A stretch of DNA of 64,000 nt, taken from the human T2T-CHM13v2.0 reference genome, Homo sapiens. This document shows positions 34,838 through 50,719 of this stretch, piece after piece (within the stretch, counting starts at the first letter, position 1; every line of letters begins with the position of its first letter). A program made the position numbers and the translations under genes. A model generated the notes under the pieces. It was given only the letters and a program-made list of their open reading frames with translations. It searched no databases and was not told where the DNA came from. The DNA lies in assembly GCF_009914755.1 (NCBI RefSeq), contig NC_060926.1; one strand, written 5' to 3'.

Positions 34838-35346
34838 ATGTGTACTGTGAGACACACTCTGATGTGTACTGTGAGACAGTGTTCCAAGCCCCACCCTCAC
34901 CCCATCTTAGCTGGCCTAGCCCACCCACTAGCCTCTGCACAGGTTTTGTGCTTTTCCTCTCTTGCCCTTCTGTCTATGCTGTTCCTTCAGTCTGGAATGT
35001 GCTTTTCTCTGCTGAGCCAACTTTTTCCCAACCTTGAAGACCAGATCGCATTCTACTTCCTCTTTGAGGCTTTTCTTGGCCTCTCCAGCAGCCTCCTTTC
35101 CTGCCTTCAAGATTGATGTACACATTTGGCCTATATTTAATGCATGGTACATTCTGCTTATGCTGTCCCATAACTTTTCAGGTTCTTCTCTACAAATATA
35201 TTAAAAACAAATTTGAGGACAGGTTCTGTGTTGGTTTCTTAGATGTCTTTTTTAGCCTTCAGTGCACATGGCCCCTTGCATATAATAGGGATTCAGAAAT
35301 AGGCACTGACTGATTCTGTTCTTTCTCTCTCAAAATTTGATACTTG

Positions 35347-37737
<2,391 letters not shown>

Positions 37738-39058
37738 ATATGTGCTTTTTATTAAAGGTCAGCTAGGCCTGAAATAACTTGTTGCTTTGATATCTTTTCT
37801 AATCTGCCAAATGCAAGTTGAGGAAAGTTAAACCAAAGTCCAGGTCCTGAAGCAGAATCGGGAACCCAAAGGTGCTGCTCTCAGCGGCTCTCTCTGCATT
37901 CCTTGCTGGGTACTTCCCTACCCTGGCCTCAGTGTCCCTAACTGCATGTGGATCACATGACGGTCTACAGGGAGAGTTTCAAGGAACCACTGTTGCCCGT
38001 CTCTCCTTTCCATGTGGACCCTTCTGCTCCCCCGTTCTGCAGTCTGTCCTTCCTTTGCTCCTCATTCACAGGGCCAGGCTCCCCTGGGATGTGGCCACCC
38101 ATAGGAAGTCAGGCTTTGGAGGCCTGCTGCCCTCTCTCTTCTTCCTGAACTGCTACGTTGCTCACTCCCAGGCCTGCTGACGCTGGGTGGCTAAGGAATT
38201 CCATCTTGACCCAGGGCAGAATATTCCTAGAAGCTCTACCAACCCAGAGGTTTGTTAGGATTGTTCTGAGGAAGGCTTCATTTATTAGAAATTGGGGTTC
38301 TATTGCCTTTCCTCACATCAGTGACCAAAAGAACATGATGTGCAATTAATGATGGAGACAGAGAAGCCGGGCAGGAAGGCTGGCTCAGGGCTTCTCATTC
38401 AAATGCTAGAGAACTCCTGGCTGACGCTTGAGCCTGGGGAGTTCAGATGTCTTTTTCACTACCCAATGTCTTCAGACCACCTTTGATGTCTTCTGCTTAT
38501 GCTTATCAATTCTTTTATATCGAGAACTCTGTAGGGTTTATCTGAAAGCCACTTGAGATGAATATGAAAGAAATATAACATGGAAAATTTCAGAAAGGGT
38601 CCAAGTATCAAACATTTTAAAATTCCAGTGTTTACAAAGTGGTACTCACTTGGGATTGAAAGCAGCCAAATCAGTGTGTGCAGCATTCATAAATAGAATA
38701 CAAATCAGTTACAATGGAAGCAAAAGCAAATTGAAAGAGAGTGCCCCCAAACAAGCTTTTATGATGAAGAGTGACAAAGAGTGAGAGTATACTATAGTAA
38801 GACTGGGCTTCGCAGTAAAACTAGGAATATGGGCCCATTACTAAGTAGGTGGCCCATGGACCGGGAAAGAAACCCTCCACAGTTCTCCCCCCTCATCCCA
38901 GTCTCCTAAATGTGTAGAATTTTCCTTTCCATGTTATCTTAATCAAAACTAACTTGTTCTAGTTCTAGTTCCTTTACTTTCTGTGAAGAAACTGAAATTT
39001 TAATCTTACTGGGGTTTAGTGGTCAATAACGGCCCATTATTACTAACAGTTCAATAGA

Positions 39059-39635
39059 GCAATGGTTCTCAAACTTAAGAGTGCATCAGAATCAATTGGA
39101 AGATTCAATATACATCTGCTTGGACCCTACTCCAGAGTTCTTTCGCTTGTTTGTTCGTTCCTTCCTTCCTTCCCTCACTCCCTCCCCCCTTCCTTCCCTC
39201 CCTCCTTCCCTTTCTTTCCTTTCCTTTCTTTTCTTTCCTTCCTTTTCTTTCTCTTTCTTTCTTTCTTCTCCTTTCTCTCTCCCTTCCTTCTTTTCTTTCC
39301 CCTTTCTTTCTCTTTCTTTTTTCTCTCTTTCCTCCTCTTCTCTTCTCTCTTCTTCTTCTTCTTCCTCCTCCTCCTCCTCCTTGCTCTCGCTCTCCTTTTC
39401 TTTCTTTCTTAGAAATAGAGACAGGGTCTGGCTATGTTGTCCAGGCTGGTCTCAAACTCCTGGGCTCAAGTGAAATTCCTGTCTCAGCCTTCTGACTAGC
39501 TGGGACTACAGGTGTGCACCACTGTGCCCAGCCAGAGTTTCCGATTCAGCAGGTCTGGGGTAGGAGGCTACGAATTTGTATTTCTAACAAGTTCCCTGAT
39601 GCTGCTGGTCCAGGGACGACATTTTGAGAACCATG
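39059..39635 (+). mobile_element. MER5A-like element interrupted by an Alu monomer with an expanded CT-rich tail (39141-39533)
   Basis: caatggttctcaaactt...acattttgagaacca; TSD ccagagtt on both sides of the insert. Confidence 0.75.
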
Positions 39636-39825
39636 ACAATAGCATGACCCCAAAGAATGAGGTGACATCAGGCACCTGGGCAAAGCCAGAGGGGAAGCTA
39701 TTTGGGAACAGGTGGCTTCATTATGTCCCTCATAATGCACCTTATATGATCCTATGGCCCTTGTTCCTAGAGCACCCCGGGTTTGTTTTTTCCTGTGTAT
39801 AGATGATTCTCAGAATGGCCAAAGT

Positions 39826-40174
<349 letters not shown>

Positions 40175-41822
40175 CTAGAAGCTATGTTTGTGTAAAATTT
40201 ACGTCAATGCAACACTGAATCTACAGTCTATAAGATACAAGCACGTAGGAGGGCCCTGATGGGGCTTCCCCACAGAGGCAGGATTTGCTCCAGGGCAGAA
40301 TGAAAAGGGCCTGCCTGCAGGTAGGATCCCCTCTGGGCAAGCAACATGCCTTGGCTCAGAACAAAGGGTAGCATCACCTGTCATTAGATTTTAGTGGAAT
40401 AACTCAAAATTAATGACAGAAAAAAAGAAAGAAAAAAGTCTGGACTTCTTTACAAAATCAGTGCAGTCACAGAGAGAAGGGGTTATAATCAAAACTGAAC
40501 TCTCTGAAGGCAGGACATCTTTATCTTCCACAAGGCCTAAAGTAGGGCATACAATAATTGTGCAGCAAATATTTTCGATTGACTTATGATTTTTTTTACC
40601 CATAGTAATGTATTAAGGGGCTGAACCCACTATCCACTTATTTCCTTCAACTCAATCGGGGTATAGATTTGGAAACCCCACAGGAGTCCCAGGAGACCAC
40701 CAGGGCCCGCATTGAGACCCCTCTTTTACAGCCAGGGAAACTGAGGCTTGGCATGACCTTGGGTGGTCTCTGGACCTCAGTTTGCTCTCTGTGAGTCCAG
40801 CCTTGGTGCTTGGAGATGTGTGCATAGACCTCCTGCTCCTGCTCTGCAGCACCCTGGGCACTCTGGGCACATCCCACTGAAAGCTCTTAGGGGCATGATC
40901 ATGACTATGGAGGAGGCTCAGATGCTATGGGAAGCCCTAATTTACAGATGACAGGTGTTTTGGCCAGAAAGTAACTCCACAGGAGTGGCACTGGGTGTTA
41001 CCAGGTTGACCCCATCTGTACAGGGATCCTTTTTACAATATCCTTGGCAGATGGACATCCAGAGAGTGTCCAAGTAACTTGCTACCAACCAAGGGGGCCG
41101 AGAACTCCCATGGTGGTTAACGCCCACCATTGTAGGTTCTTTCCTAAATTCAGCCAGCATCTGGCTTCCTGGAGCTTCTGCTCCCTGTTCCTCATTCAGC
41201 TCTACATCCTGTGGTTTCAGAGGGTGAACACAGCTCCTTTGTGACATGACAGTCCTTCTCTCATAACTCTCATATTCATAAGAGGCTGAATAAGCCCCGG
41301 TTCTCCAACTGTTCTCAGATGGCATGGATGACAGAGCCTCCACTCTGGACATGTTTCCATCTGTGTGGATGTCCATCCCTCAGGTGTGGTCTCACCTTAC
41401 ACGGTATGTGGCCACACGGGCAGCTCTGTCTTGGGGAGAGCTCATCGTATCATGACTTGATGGAGCTGGGCGGGACTTCAGGCACCATCAGTTCTATCTC
41501 TGGCCTGCAGCAGGAACCCCTGAGTGGCACTCCTGATAGGTGTGGCCTCCACATTACCCCACACTGAGGCAAAGCATGCCTTACTCCTTCCTAGGATATC
41601 CCTGTGCCCTCCTGATGACAACCCTGTGACTCTTATTAGAGCTACTGTCCCCTTGGTTTCCTTCCAAACACTGGGTTCAAGACCCTGTATTTGCTCTCTT
41701 GGAACTGTAAGCCCTTGGCTGAATGGCCCCTCCCCAGCAGTAGAAGTAGAGAGCTGTGGTGAAGGATCAGGGGGCCGGTGGGGTAGGTGAGGGCCCACGG
41801 CATGTCTGGGGTTACCGGTCAC

Positions 41823-42094
41823 CTGTGTCAGGGGCGACACACTCGCACTTGTAGGTAGTGATGAAGTTTGGCTTGAAGTCCATATTGATAGGGTAGTACT
41901 TGAAGGCACCGATCATCTTCTTGATGGCATCGTAGATGAAGATGAAGCTGATAAGGGTGGAGAAGCCCTCCTCGGTGAAGCGGGTGATATATTTGATGAT
42001 AAAGCTGGCATCTGTGGCCACTAGGATAAGGCACTGGACAGCTGAGTGTAGGCCAATCCAGAGGCGGAACTCCATGTAGTCCAGGCCATTGCCT
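41823..42094 (-). CDS. SLC4A5: SLC4A5 exon
   Basis: ttccag|AGGCAAT...GACACAG|gtgacc; [14 protein letters not shown]...[26 protein letters not shown]...CECVAPDT. Confidence 0.95.
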
Positions 42095-42200
42095 CTGGAA
42101 GGCAGAGGGGAGGTGAGGGGCCTCCAGCCCAGGGCTCCTGGCTGTGCTTGACTCCTCAGACTCATCCTTAAGTGGCTTATCTGTCCTCCTGTGGCACTGA

Positions 42201-42601
<401 letters not shown>

Positions 42602-43139
42602 AAAAAAAAATTTCTTTTAAAGATCTTATGGAGGAGGCAGGAAGGTGCCAAGACATCTCAGTGCTCACAGTTGGTAACAGACACCAGAGTGAGTGAAAAA
42701 CAGGGAATTTTGGAAGAACAGGGTTGGAGCAGCCCTTGGAAATGGTCTGGTCCAAACCCTCATGTTGTAGAGGAGGCAACTGAGCCTGGAGTAGTGATGG
42801 GAGCTGCCTGGGTCTGGGTGTAACCTTCTGACCTTCAGCCCAAGACTTCATACACTATACTGCCTATCAAGTCACCATTGCTCACAAACTGAGTGGTGTG
42901 AATTTTCTCCTCTTGTCGTGGCTGGTCCCTATGGGCTGTGCCAATATGCACTAAGATGTCTTAAAGGCAGGTAGCTGGCAGGAGTCAGGAGGGGCCACCT
43001 GGTAGCCCTTCCCATAGTTAAAGATGGCTTTGGCACCACCGCACCACCACCTACCCTTGGGACCTATTCCCCTGCCCTAGCCCCAGCATACTGCCCCAAA
43101 TGCGAGAGCAGGCACTGGGGGCCACCAAGGGACACCTAC

Positions 43140-43273
43140 TTGCTGAAGTCGAAGAGGAGCTTCTCAAAGATGAGGATGGGCCCCGTGCTGCTGAGAATGA
43201 TGAGAGGCTGTCCCGAGAAGAGGCAGAACAAGGAGCCAGCCATGGCAGTGCCCAGGAAGCTCTCCATCACTCC
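43140..43273 (-). CDS. SLC4A5: SLC4A5 exon
   Basis: ccccag|GGAGTG...AGCAA|gtaggt; [44 protein letters not shown]. Confidence 0.95.
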
Positions 43274-43776
43274 CTGGGGGCACAAGGAATGTGTGGTTCA
43301 GCATAGGAAGGAGAAGCGGTCTCTCCACACAGGCTGCAGCCCCAGCGATCTCTCCACGGGCCCAGGCCACAGTGTTTATCCTTCGTTCTGGGCCCTTTCC
43401 TCCCTAAATCCTGTTCTCCATCTCCTACACCCTCCACAACTTGCCACCATGGCCATTGTCACTCTGTTTAATTCCATCTAGATAAAGGTACCATGTGACT
43501 TCCTTCTGGCACCCAGGGCCTAGAAAACAGTGGATGTGCTTTTCTCTGTGTCCATTCTACTCCCAGAGGACAGCCCATTTATCCATCTGATTATTCATTC
43601 ATCTAAACATCTGTTTGGTGCTTTTAGAGGTCAGATCATTCATTTATTCAAAGTCCGCTGAGTGTCTGCTGTGTACCAGGCATTGTGAAAGGTATTGAGA
43701 ACCCATCACTGAACAAGATAACATATCTTCATTCCAGTGGGAGACACAGGTAAGTAACCAGGCAATTCCCATATAG

Positions 43777-43994
43777 CAGGGTTTCTCAACCTCGGCACAA
43801 TGGACATTTTGGGCTAGATGATTCTTTGCTGTGGAGGGTCTGTCCTGTGTATTGTAGTGTGTTTAGTAGCATCCACAGCCTCTACACATTAGATACCAGT
43901 AGGAACCCTCCTCCCAGTTATAACAATGAAAACTGTCTCTAGATATTGTTAAATGTCTCCTGGGGTGAAAATTGTCCCTGGTTGAGAGCCACTG
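43777..43994 (+). mobile_element. MER20-like DNA transposon within L2-like sequence
   Basis: cagggtttctcaacctcggcac...gttgagagccactg. Confidence 0.8.
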
Positions 43995-45071
43995 CCAAGA
44001 GGTGTGCTGGGATAGGTTTAGGGTGCCACAGGAGCACGCAGTAGAGGTAAAGATGTAGTCAGGAAGGCCTCCCTAGAAGTAGATAAGTGGAAGCTGAGAT
44101 CCAAAAAATGAGCAGAGAATTGGCCAGGGGAATAGGGTTAAGTGGAGTGATAAGAAACAGTGTCCCAGGAAGAGGGAATAGTGTCTAAAAGGTCTGGAGC
44201 TGAAAAACAGCATGTACTTGAAGAACCAAAAGATGATCAGGATTGATGGAAAACAGAATGTAGAATGGTTGGGGAGGGTAGGAATGCTGAGAAAGAGAAT
44301 GCTGGGAGATGAGGCGTGAGAGCCAGGTAGGGCCATGTGGTGAGGGCCACATGGGGCAGCTGGGACTTATGAGTCAAGGATAATGCTTAGTTTCCGGTGT
44401 AGACAGCTGGGTGAACCACGGTATCACCTGCTGTGCTGGGGAAGGGCAGGGAGCAGCACGTCAGGAGGGAAGATAAGGGACGCAATGTCAGCTGTGTGAA
44501 TTGGGGGATCCTGAGGGGCAGCCATGGGGAATCCTGAGGGGCAGCCATGTGGACATGCCCAAAAGGCAGCTTGACAAATGGGTCTTCTCCTTGGGGTACT
44601 GAGCTTTCCAATGGCTCTACTTTGAAGGCCTCCATTGGAGAAGACCCTTGCCTAGGAGATTGGCAGGTGTCTGCTGAGCTGTTTTCCCCAGGGAGGCCTG
44701 AGTTGTTGTCATGGCAACAGCTTACCATCCTTCTAAAAATGTCTTAACTCCAAACTAAGAATTCAAGGTTAGTTTTTAAAAAGTGTGGGGAGAAGGCCAC
44801 AATTAGCACTCCATTAATTGTGCTGATTAAATTCACTCCAGCATCAGTGGGAAAAGTACCAAATAACACAGCAGATGATTCCCCTTAACGGTTTGACCTA
44901 TTTAAATAATCATTAAGTTTGGTCTTTAGTAATGAGATTTAGCTTCAGATCTTTTAATATTGTCTTATTATATTATTATTACTTGAAGCGTAAAGGATTA
45001 CAAATAGTGATGGCCTCAACCTGGATGGTAGATGAAACCTTGGTTTTGGGATTACAGGATGAAGCTTCCTG

Positions 45072-45090
45072 CTGCCACCAGGTGGCGGCA
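45072..45090 (+). promoter_or_regulatory. CTCF-like motif
   Basis: ctgCCACCAGGTGGCGGca matches the CCASYAGRKGGC core. Confidence 0.5.
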
Positions 45091-45129
45091 GATCTTACTT
45101 TTACACTCAGGGCACCGGCTCGCACACAC

Positions 45130-45304
45130 CTGATAATTGTCGGTGGCATCCCCCAGAAGCCCACCAAAGGTGATCGCGTTGGTGATACAGCCGAGGTAGA
45201 TGAATAGGATGGCAGAGATGGACTGAATGTGGAAGCCATCATAGAAGTCACTTGGGAACCAGGGCAACTTCCTCTTGATATCCAGACACAGGCCACCGAA
45301 GAAC
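45130..45304 (-). CDS. SLC4A5: SLC4A5 exon (first TM segment)
   Basis: gagcag|GTTCTTC...TATCAG|gtgtgt; [58 protein letters not shown]. Confidence 0.95.
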
Positions 45305-45869
45305 CTGCTCAAGACAGGCCCAGGGGCTGCTTTCTCACCACTAACACCAGTGCAGGGGCAGGGCTATTTACAAGAACTTGCAGAGTCTGGGGCGAGGAAA
45401 GGAACTTGACCAGGGTGGATGGGGCAAAGATCTTTCCACCAGAACATTTAGGGCCAGGGATGAATTCCTGTAGGACTGAGTTTGTGGTTGGCACCACCCA
45501 CATTGGGAAGGGTGGACATAGAGGGTTTTGGAGAGGGAAAGTCTGATGGGAATATGTCCTGGGGTAGACCTAACATTCCATGGAGAATGGAAGTCCTGGG
45601 GTCCACAGATGGTGGTCCTCCTCACATCCCTGACCATCTGCAGGGTGCCTGCTCTTGGTGAACACAGGAGTGTCTAACTTTCGGTGACAGAAGCATCCCA
45701 GATTATAACAGATTCATTAAGAACAGATCCTAAACCTTATAACTGGTTGGTATTTGTTTGTTTTTTGATTTTGCTATCTGGAACAGCTGAGTGGAAGATT
45801 TTAGGTTTGGAGACACTGTTTACTGGGATTGCTATTCCCATAGCCCCTAATGCAGTCCTTAGCATGGAG

Positions 45870-46096
45870 CAGAGTTTCTCAACCTCAGTTCTGCTGATAT
45901 TTTGGACTGGATACTCCTTTGCTGCAGGGGCTGTCCCATGCACTGCAGGATGTTTAGCAGCTACCTACTAGATGCGAGTAGCATCTCCCCTCTCCGGTTG
46001 TGACAAGCAAAAATGTCTCTGGACATTGCCAAATTCCCTGGGCTCGGGGGTAGGGGGACTAAGGAGGGCCAAAGCTGCTTACAGTGAGAACCACTG
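45870..46096 (+). mobile_element. MER20-like DNA transposon
   Basis: cagagtttctcaacctcag...aatgtctctggacattgccaaa...gtgagaaccactg. Confidence 0.8.
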
Positions 46097-46302
46097 GTAT
46101 AAAGCCAAGGGCATATAAAACATGACTTCATTCTCAAAGTCATGATTTATATGTAGATTTTCAAGGCCACATCCTTTCCTAAATCTAGATCAACCTGAAT
46201 GACTCCAAGAGCTGGAAAAGAAACCCAGGCCAGGAGAACTTTCTCTTATTTTCTTTAAAAAAAAAAAAAGTTTTTGAATAGGTAAATTAAGTTTTAAAAA
46301 AG

Positions 46303-46720
46303 GTACTGTTATTGAGTTGTGTCCCCCCAAAAGATATATTAAGGTCCTAACATCTATGTAACACCTATGCAAATGTAATCCAGTTTAGATTAAGTCATTA
46401 TGGTGGGCCCTATTCCAACATGACTGGGGTCCATACACAAAGAGGAAAGTGCTCTGTGAAGACAGACACACAGGAGGCCATGTGGTGGAGAGGCAGAGCC
46501 GGGGGTGATGCGGCTGCCAGCCAGGAACACCAAGGACTGCTGGCCACCACCAGAAGCCAGGAGGAGGCCAGGAAGGATTCCACCTGGAGCCTCAGGGAGC
46601 ACGGTGGTCCTGCCAACACCTGCTGTGGAACTCCTGGCCTCCAGAACTGCAGGAGAGTAACCTTCTGTGGTTTTAAGCCACCTAGTTTGTGGTACTTTGT
46701 TACAGCAGACCCAGGAAACA
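46303..46720 (+). mobile_element. MLT1-family (MaLR) solo LTR
   Basis: gttgtgtccccccaaaagatat...ggcctccagaactg...gttttaagccacctagtttgtggtactttgttacagcag. Confidence 0.8.
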
Positions 46721-46965
46721 GGCACCAAAGGATATCTAAGAGAAAAGTTTGGGTTCCTCTCCTCTTGTATGGGTCTCAAATTCCCCTCTCCTGAGGCAAC
46801 CTTTTGGGGATCCATGATGGGGTTCAAGGGCTCTGGGAGGGAAAGAAGGCAGGGGTGACCTCGAGTGGGCACTACAGACCATGGTTGGGAAAAGTCCCTA
46901 GAGGGCAGCTGAGAAGGGAGAAGTCTAAAGGACAGCAGGGTCACTGGGAGGCCTGGGGTGGGCAC

Positions 46966-47175
46966 CTTCCTGTCCAGATAAGTTCCTCCCCGATTTCATG
47001 CATGGCTGGCATCTCTCCATCATCCCCGCTGCTTGTTCCGCCGGCCCCGCCACTGCCAGCCCCGCCGCCACTGCCACCACCACCACCACCTCCATTGCCT
47101 CCTCCAGGAGCTCCGCCGCCTCCTCCCACAGAGCCATTCATCTGGCCCAGCTCTGCTAGGGAGAACACAGATTTC
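46966..47175 (-). CDS. SLC4A5: SLC4A5 glycine-rich exon
   Basis: ttccag|GAAATCT...GGAAG|gtgccc; [69 protein letters not shown]. Confidence 0.94.
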
Positions 47176-47359
47176 CTGGAAGAGAAGGGGGATGAAGGAG
47201 AGTGGGTCCCCCAGAGCACCCCTCACCTCTCCAACCAAAATTATGAAATATCTTAAAAGACAGACAAAAATGCAGAAAATTGTCTAACAATATCCACACG
47301 CAGGTCACCTAGATTTTACAAATGTTCACATTTAGCCATATTTGTTTCTGATATATCTT

Positions 47360-47696
<337 letters not shown>

Positions 47697-47760
47697 TAAA
47701 ATGATACCGACAGAGTTGAAGCCTCCTTTTTCTCTCCCTACTGCCCATTCTCATACACAC

Positions 47761-47915
47761 CTCTTGTCAGCAGAGGGCACCTTCTTGGGGGGCTCAATCC
47801 GGATATTTGGGTCCCATTCTCCAGGAGGAAGGACGATGACCTCATCCAGAAATTCATCAATTCCTGCGATCAGATCTTCCCGATTGCGGGCTTTGTAGGC
47901 CACGTCACTGAAGAG
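47761..47915 (-). CDS. SLC4A5: SLC4A5 exon
   Basis: cgccag|CTCTTC...AAGAG|gtgtgt; [51 protein letters not shown]. Confidence 0.95.
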
Positions 47916-48376
47916 CTGGCGAGGAGAGAGGAGGGAGAAAAGAAAGATCGGGTCTGTTTCTGAAATGCCTGGGAGCATATCACATCTAGTTTTTAAAGGA
48001 ATCCCTTTGAACCACATCTCCCACTGCCAACTCACTCTCAGTTTTTGGAATGAGACTATAGTACATTGGTAAAATATGGCACAATGGGACACAGCAGGCA
48101 CTGGGGGAAGACAGCCTCTCTTGGATCTGAAGGCCAGGTCTCCATATTCTTGCTTGTAGGACTTCGGTTAAGTTACTTAACCTTTCTGTTTTCAGTTTTC
48201 CACACATCATACATATTAGAAAACCTTTGTAGAGCCCAGTCCAAGGAGCTCAGATATTTCACAACCATTTTTTACTTCCAGCCCTTCGCCCTTGGAGGCT
48301 CAGGCCGTGTTCTTCACATTGTCTCCAGAGTGTGCTTTCTGACTTACAGATTCGATGGGACTATGCTCACATTTAA

Positions 48377-48893
48377 CCCTTTCCCATTTAGGCAAAAAAA
48401 AAAAGTGCAGCTCACTGCCAGCACTCATTTAATTTTACATAAACACACTCTTTGAGGCCGAAGCAAATCTGACTGATTTTCAATGTGAAAATGCAATATA
48501 AAAATTATTCTTAGAATTATTTCTAAAAAGAACTAACATTGGAATCATTGGAATGATCAGAATCATCTATTTTGGAAACACTGGATTCATCAAATGAATC
48601 TTAGGCCAAAAACTGTTCGAGAATGATGTTAGCATCACTCGTAGGAATGCTAGTTTTCTAGGATTTGATATTTTCAATGATTGAGAGTTAGTGTATTTTG
48701 TAAATGGAAATGCCACAACTAAAAACAGAATGCTTTAAGTAGAATGATGTCTTTTGTTTCCAAAGTCAACATATAAGAGCAATGCAAAAATAATAATAAA
48801 AGTGAGACATTTCGTGGGGAAAAGTTATCTCAGGGTAAAGCCTGCAGCCGCAAGCACCGCCAGTGAGTATTCTTGGCACAAATGGAAAAAGAG
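48377..48893 (-). mobile_element. MER75-like piggyBac non-autonomous element
   Basis: TTAA target duplications at 48373-48376 and 48894-48897; termini ccctttcccattt / aaatggaaaaagag; 517 bp. Confidence 0.8.
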
Positions 48894-49405
48894 TTAAAGT
48901 CCTCTAGGCTCCCCATCACTCTGGGGACAGAGTGTGACTCAGCTCTGCTTACAGGCTCTGTGTAGTCTCTGGCTCACCTCTCCAGTATTACCTCCTGCCC
49001 TTGAAGCTCTTACACTGAGCCTATATCAAACCACCTCCATCCAGCTTCTCTGAGCCTGATCCATTTCCTTTGTTTGGAATGCTTGCCTCACAGCCTGGTG
49101 CTGGGTCTACCTTCCTCCTGCTCCTCCTTAGCTTTAAAGCCCCCTCATCTGTGAAGCCCTCCTTGACCCCCTGGGCAGCTAGCACATGGTTAGTTTTACA
49201 ATTATCAATCTGTCCCTCACACTTGATTGGTTCTCCTAAAGGACAATGACTATTCCCTGATTCTCATAATCTTTAGCATCCTATGTAGTGCCTGGTACAC
49301 AGTAGGTGCTCAAATGTGCTGGCTGGATAAGTTAATGAATGAAGGTGCAGTGCTTGGTGCAGGAGCTGTAAAATTCAGGAGTACAAGCTTCTGGTTACCA
49401 CTTAC

Positions 49406-49493
49406 ATCATCTACCATGAGGGTTGCAATGGCACGGCCAATTTCATTGTAGGATTTTGCTCTCCCAGAAGGTCCCAGTAGTATAAACAGAAAT
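49406..49493 (-). CDS. SLC4A5: SLC4A5 exon
   Basis: ttgcag|ATTTCTG...GATGAT|gtaagt; [29 protein letters not shown]. Confidence 0.95.
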
Positions 49494-49604
49494 CTGCAAA
49501 GAAGATGGAGGAGGAGACAGAGAAGATTAAGGAAGAGGAGCATGAAAGTGAGAAGGAAAAACAGAAGCAAGTGAAGAGAATTCTCTGGCCCTGAACAGTA
49601 TGCA

Positions 49605-50379
<775 letters not shown>

Positions 50380-50561
50380 TCTTTTGTTATTATTTTTAAT
50401 AAACTCTAAAACTCTTCCCTAGTCAGAAGATTTCCCTTCCCAGCAGCCTCCACGTTTAGAGGTGCCTTTGAGAACACTAACAGTCAACAGCACTGCTTGC
50501 TGACTGCACTGCTGACTGGCTACCTGAGAGTGGCGTGGGGACAGGTTTCAACGGCTCTCAC

Positions 50562-50719
50562 CTGGTGGGGACAGGCACCTCGGTCACTCCTCCCAGCATG
50601 GCCGACTGGATGAGGCGCACGAACGCGATGAATGGCTGGTCTAGGAAGTCCACCTCGCCCACGAGCACGTTGGACGCTTCTGAGTCCTTGGGGATCTTCT
50701 TCATGAATTTGTTTTTCCG
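50562..50719 (-). CDS. SLC4A5: SLC4A5 exon
   Basis: gtccag|CGGAAA...ACCAG|gtgaga; [52 protein letters not shown]. Confidence 0.95.

Noticed and set aside
40942-41376. 144-aa minus-strand ORF in an SLC4A5 intron
   Set aside because: No recognisable protein family; part of it resembles a decayed L3/CR1 3' end; no supporting start context or splice logic
44503-44550. Short tandem duplication (gatcctgaggggcagccatg twice); similar ones at 15079-15126 and 22452-22478
   Set aside because: Isolated two- to three-copy slippage events with no spacer structure; not CRISPR-like or otherwise organised
46804-47287. Proline-rich and histidine-rich plus-strand ORFs
   Set aside because: Antisense shadows of the glycine-rich SLC4A5 exon
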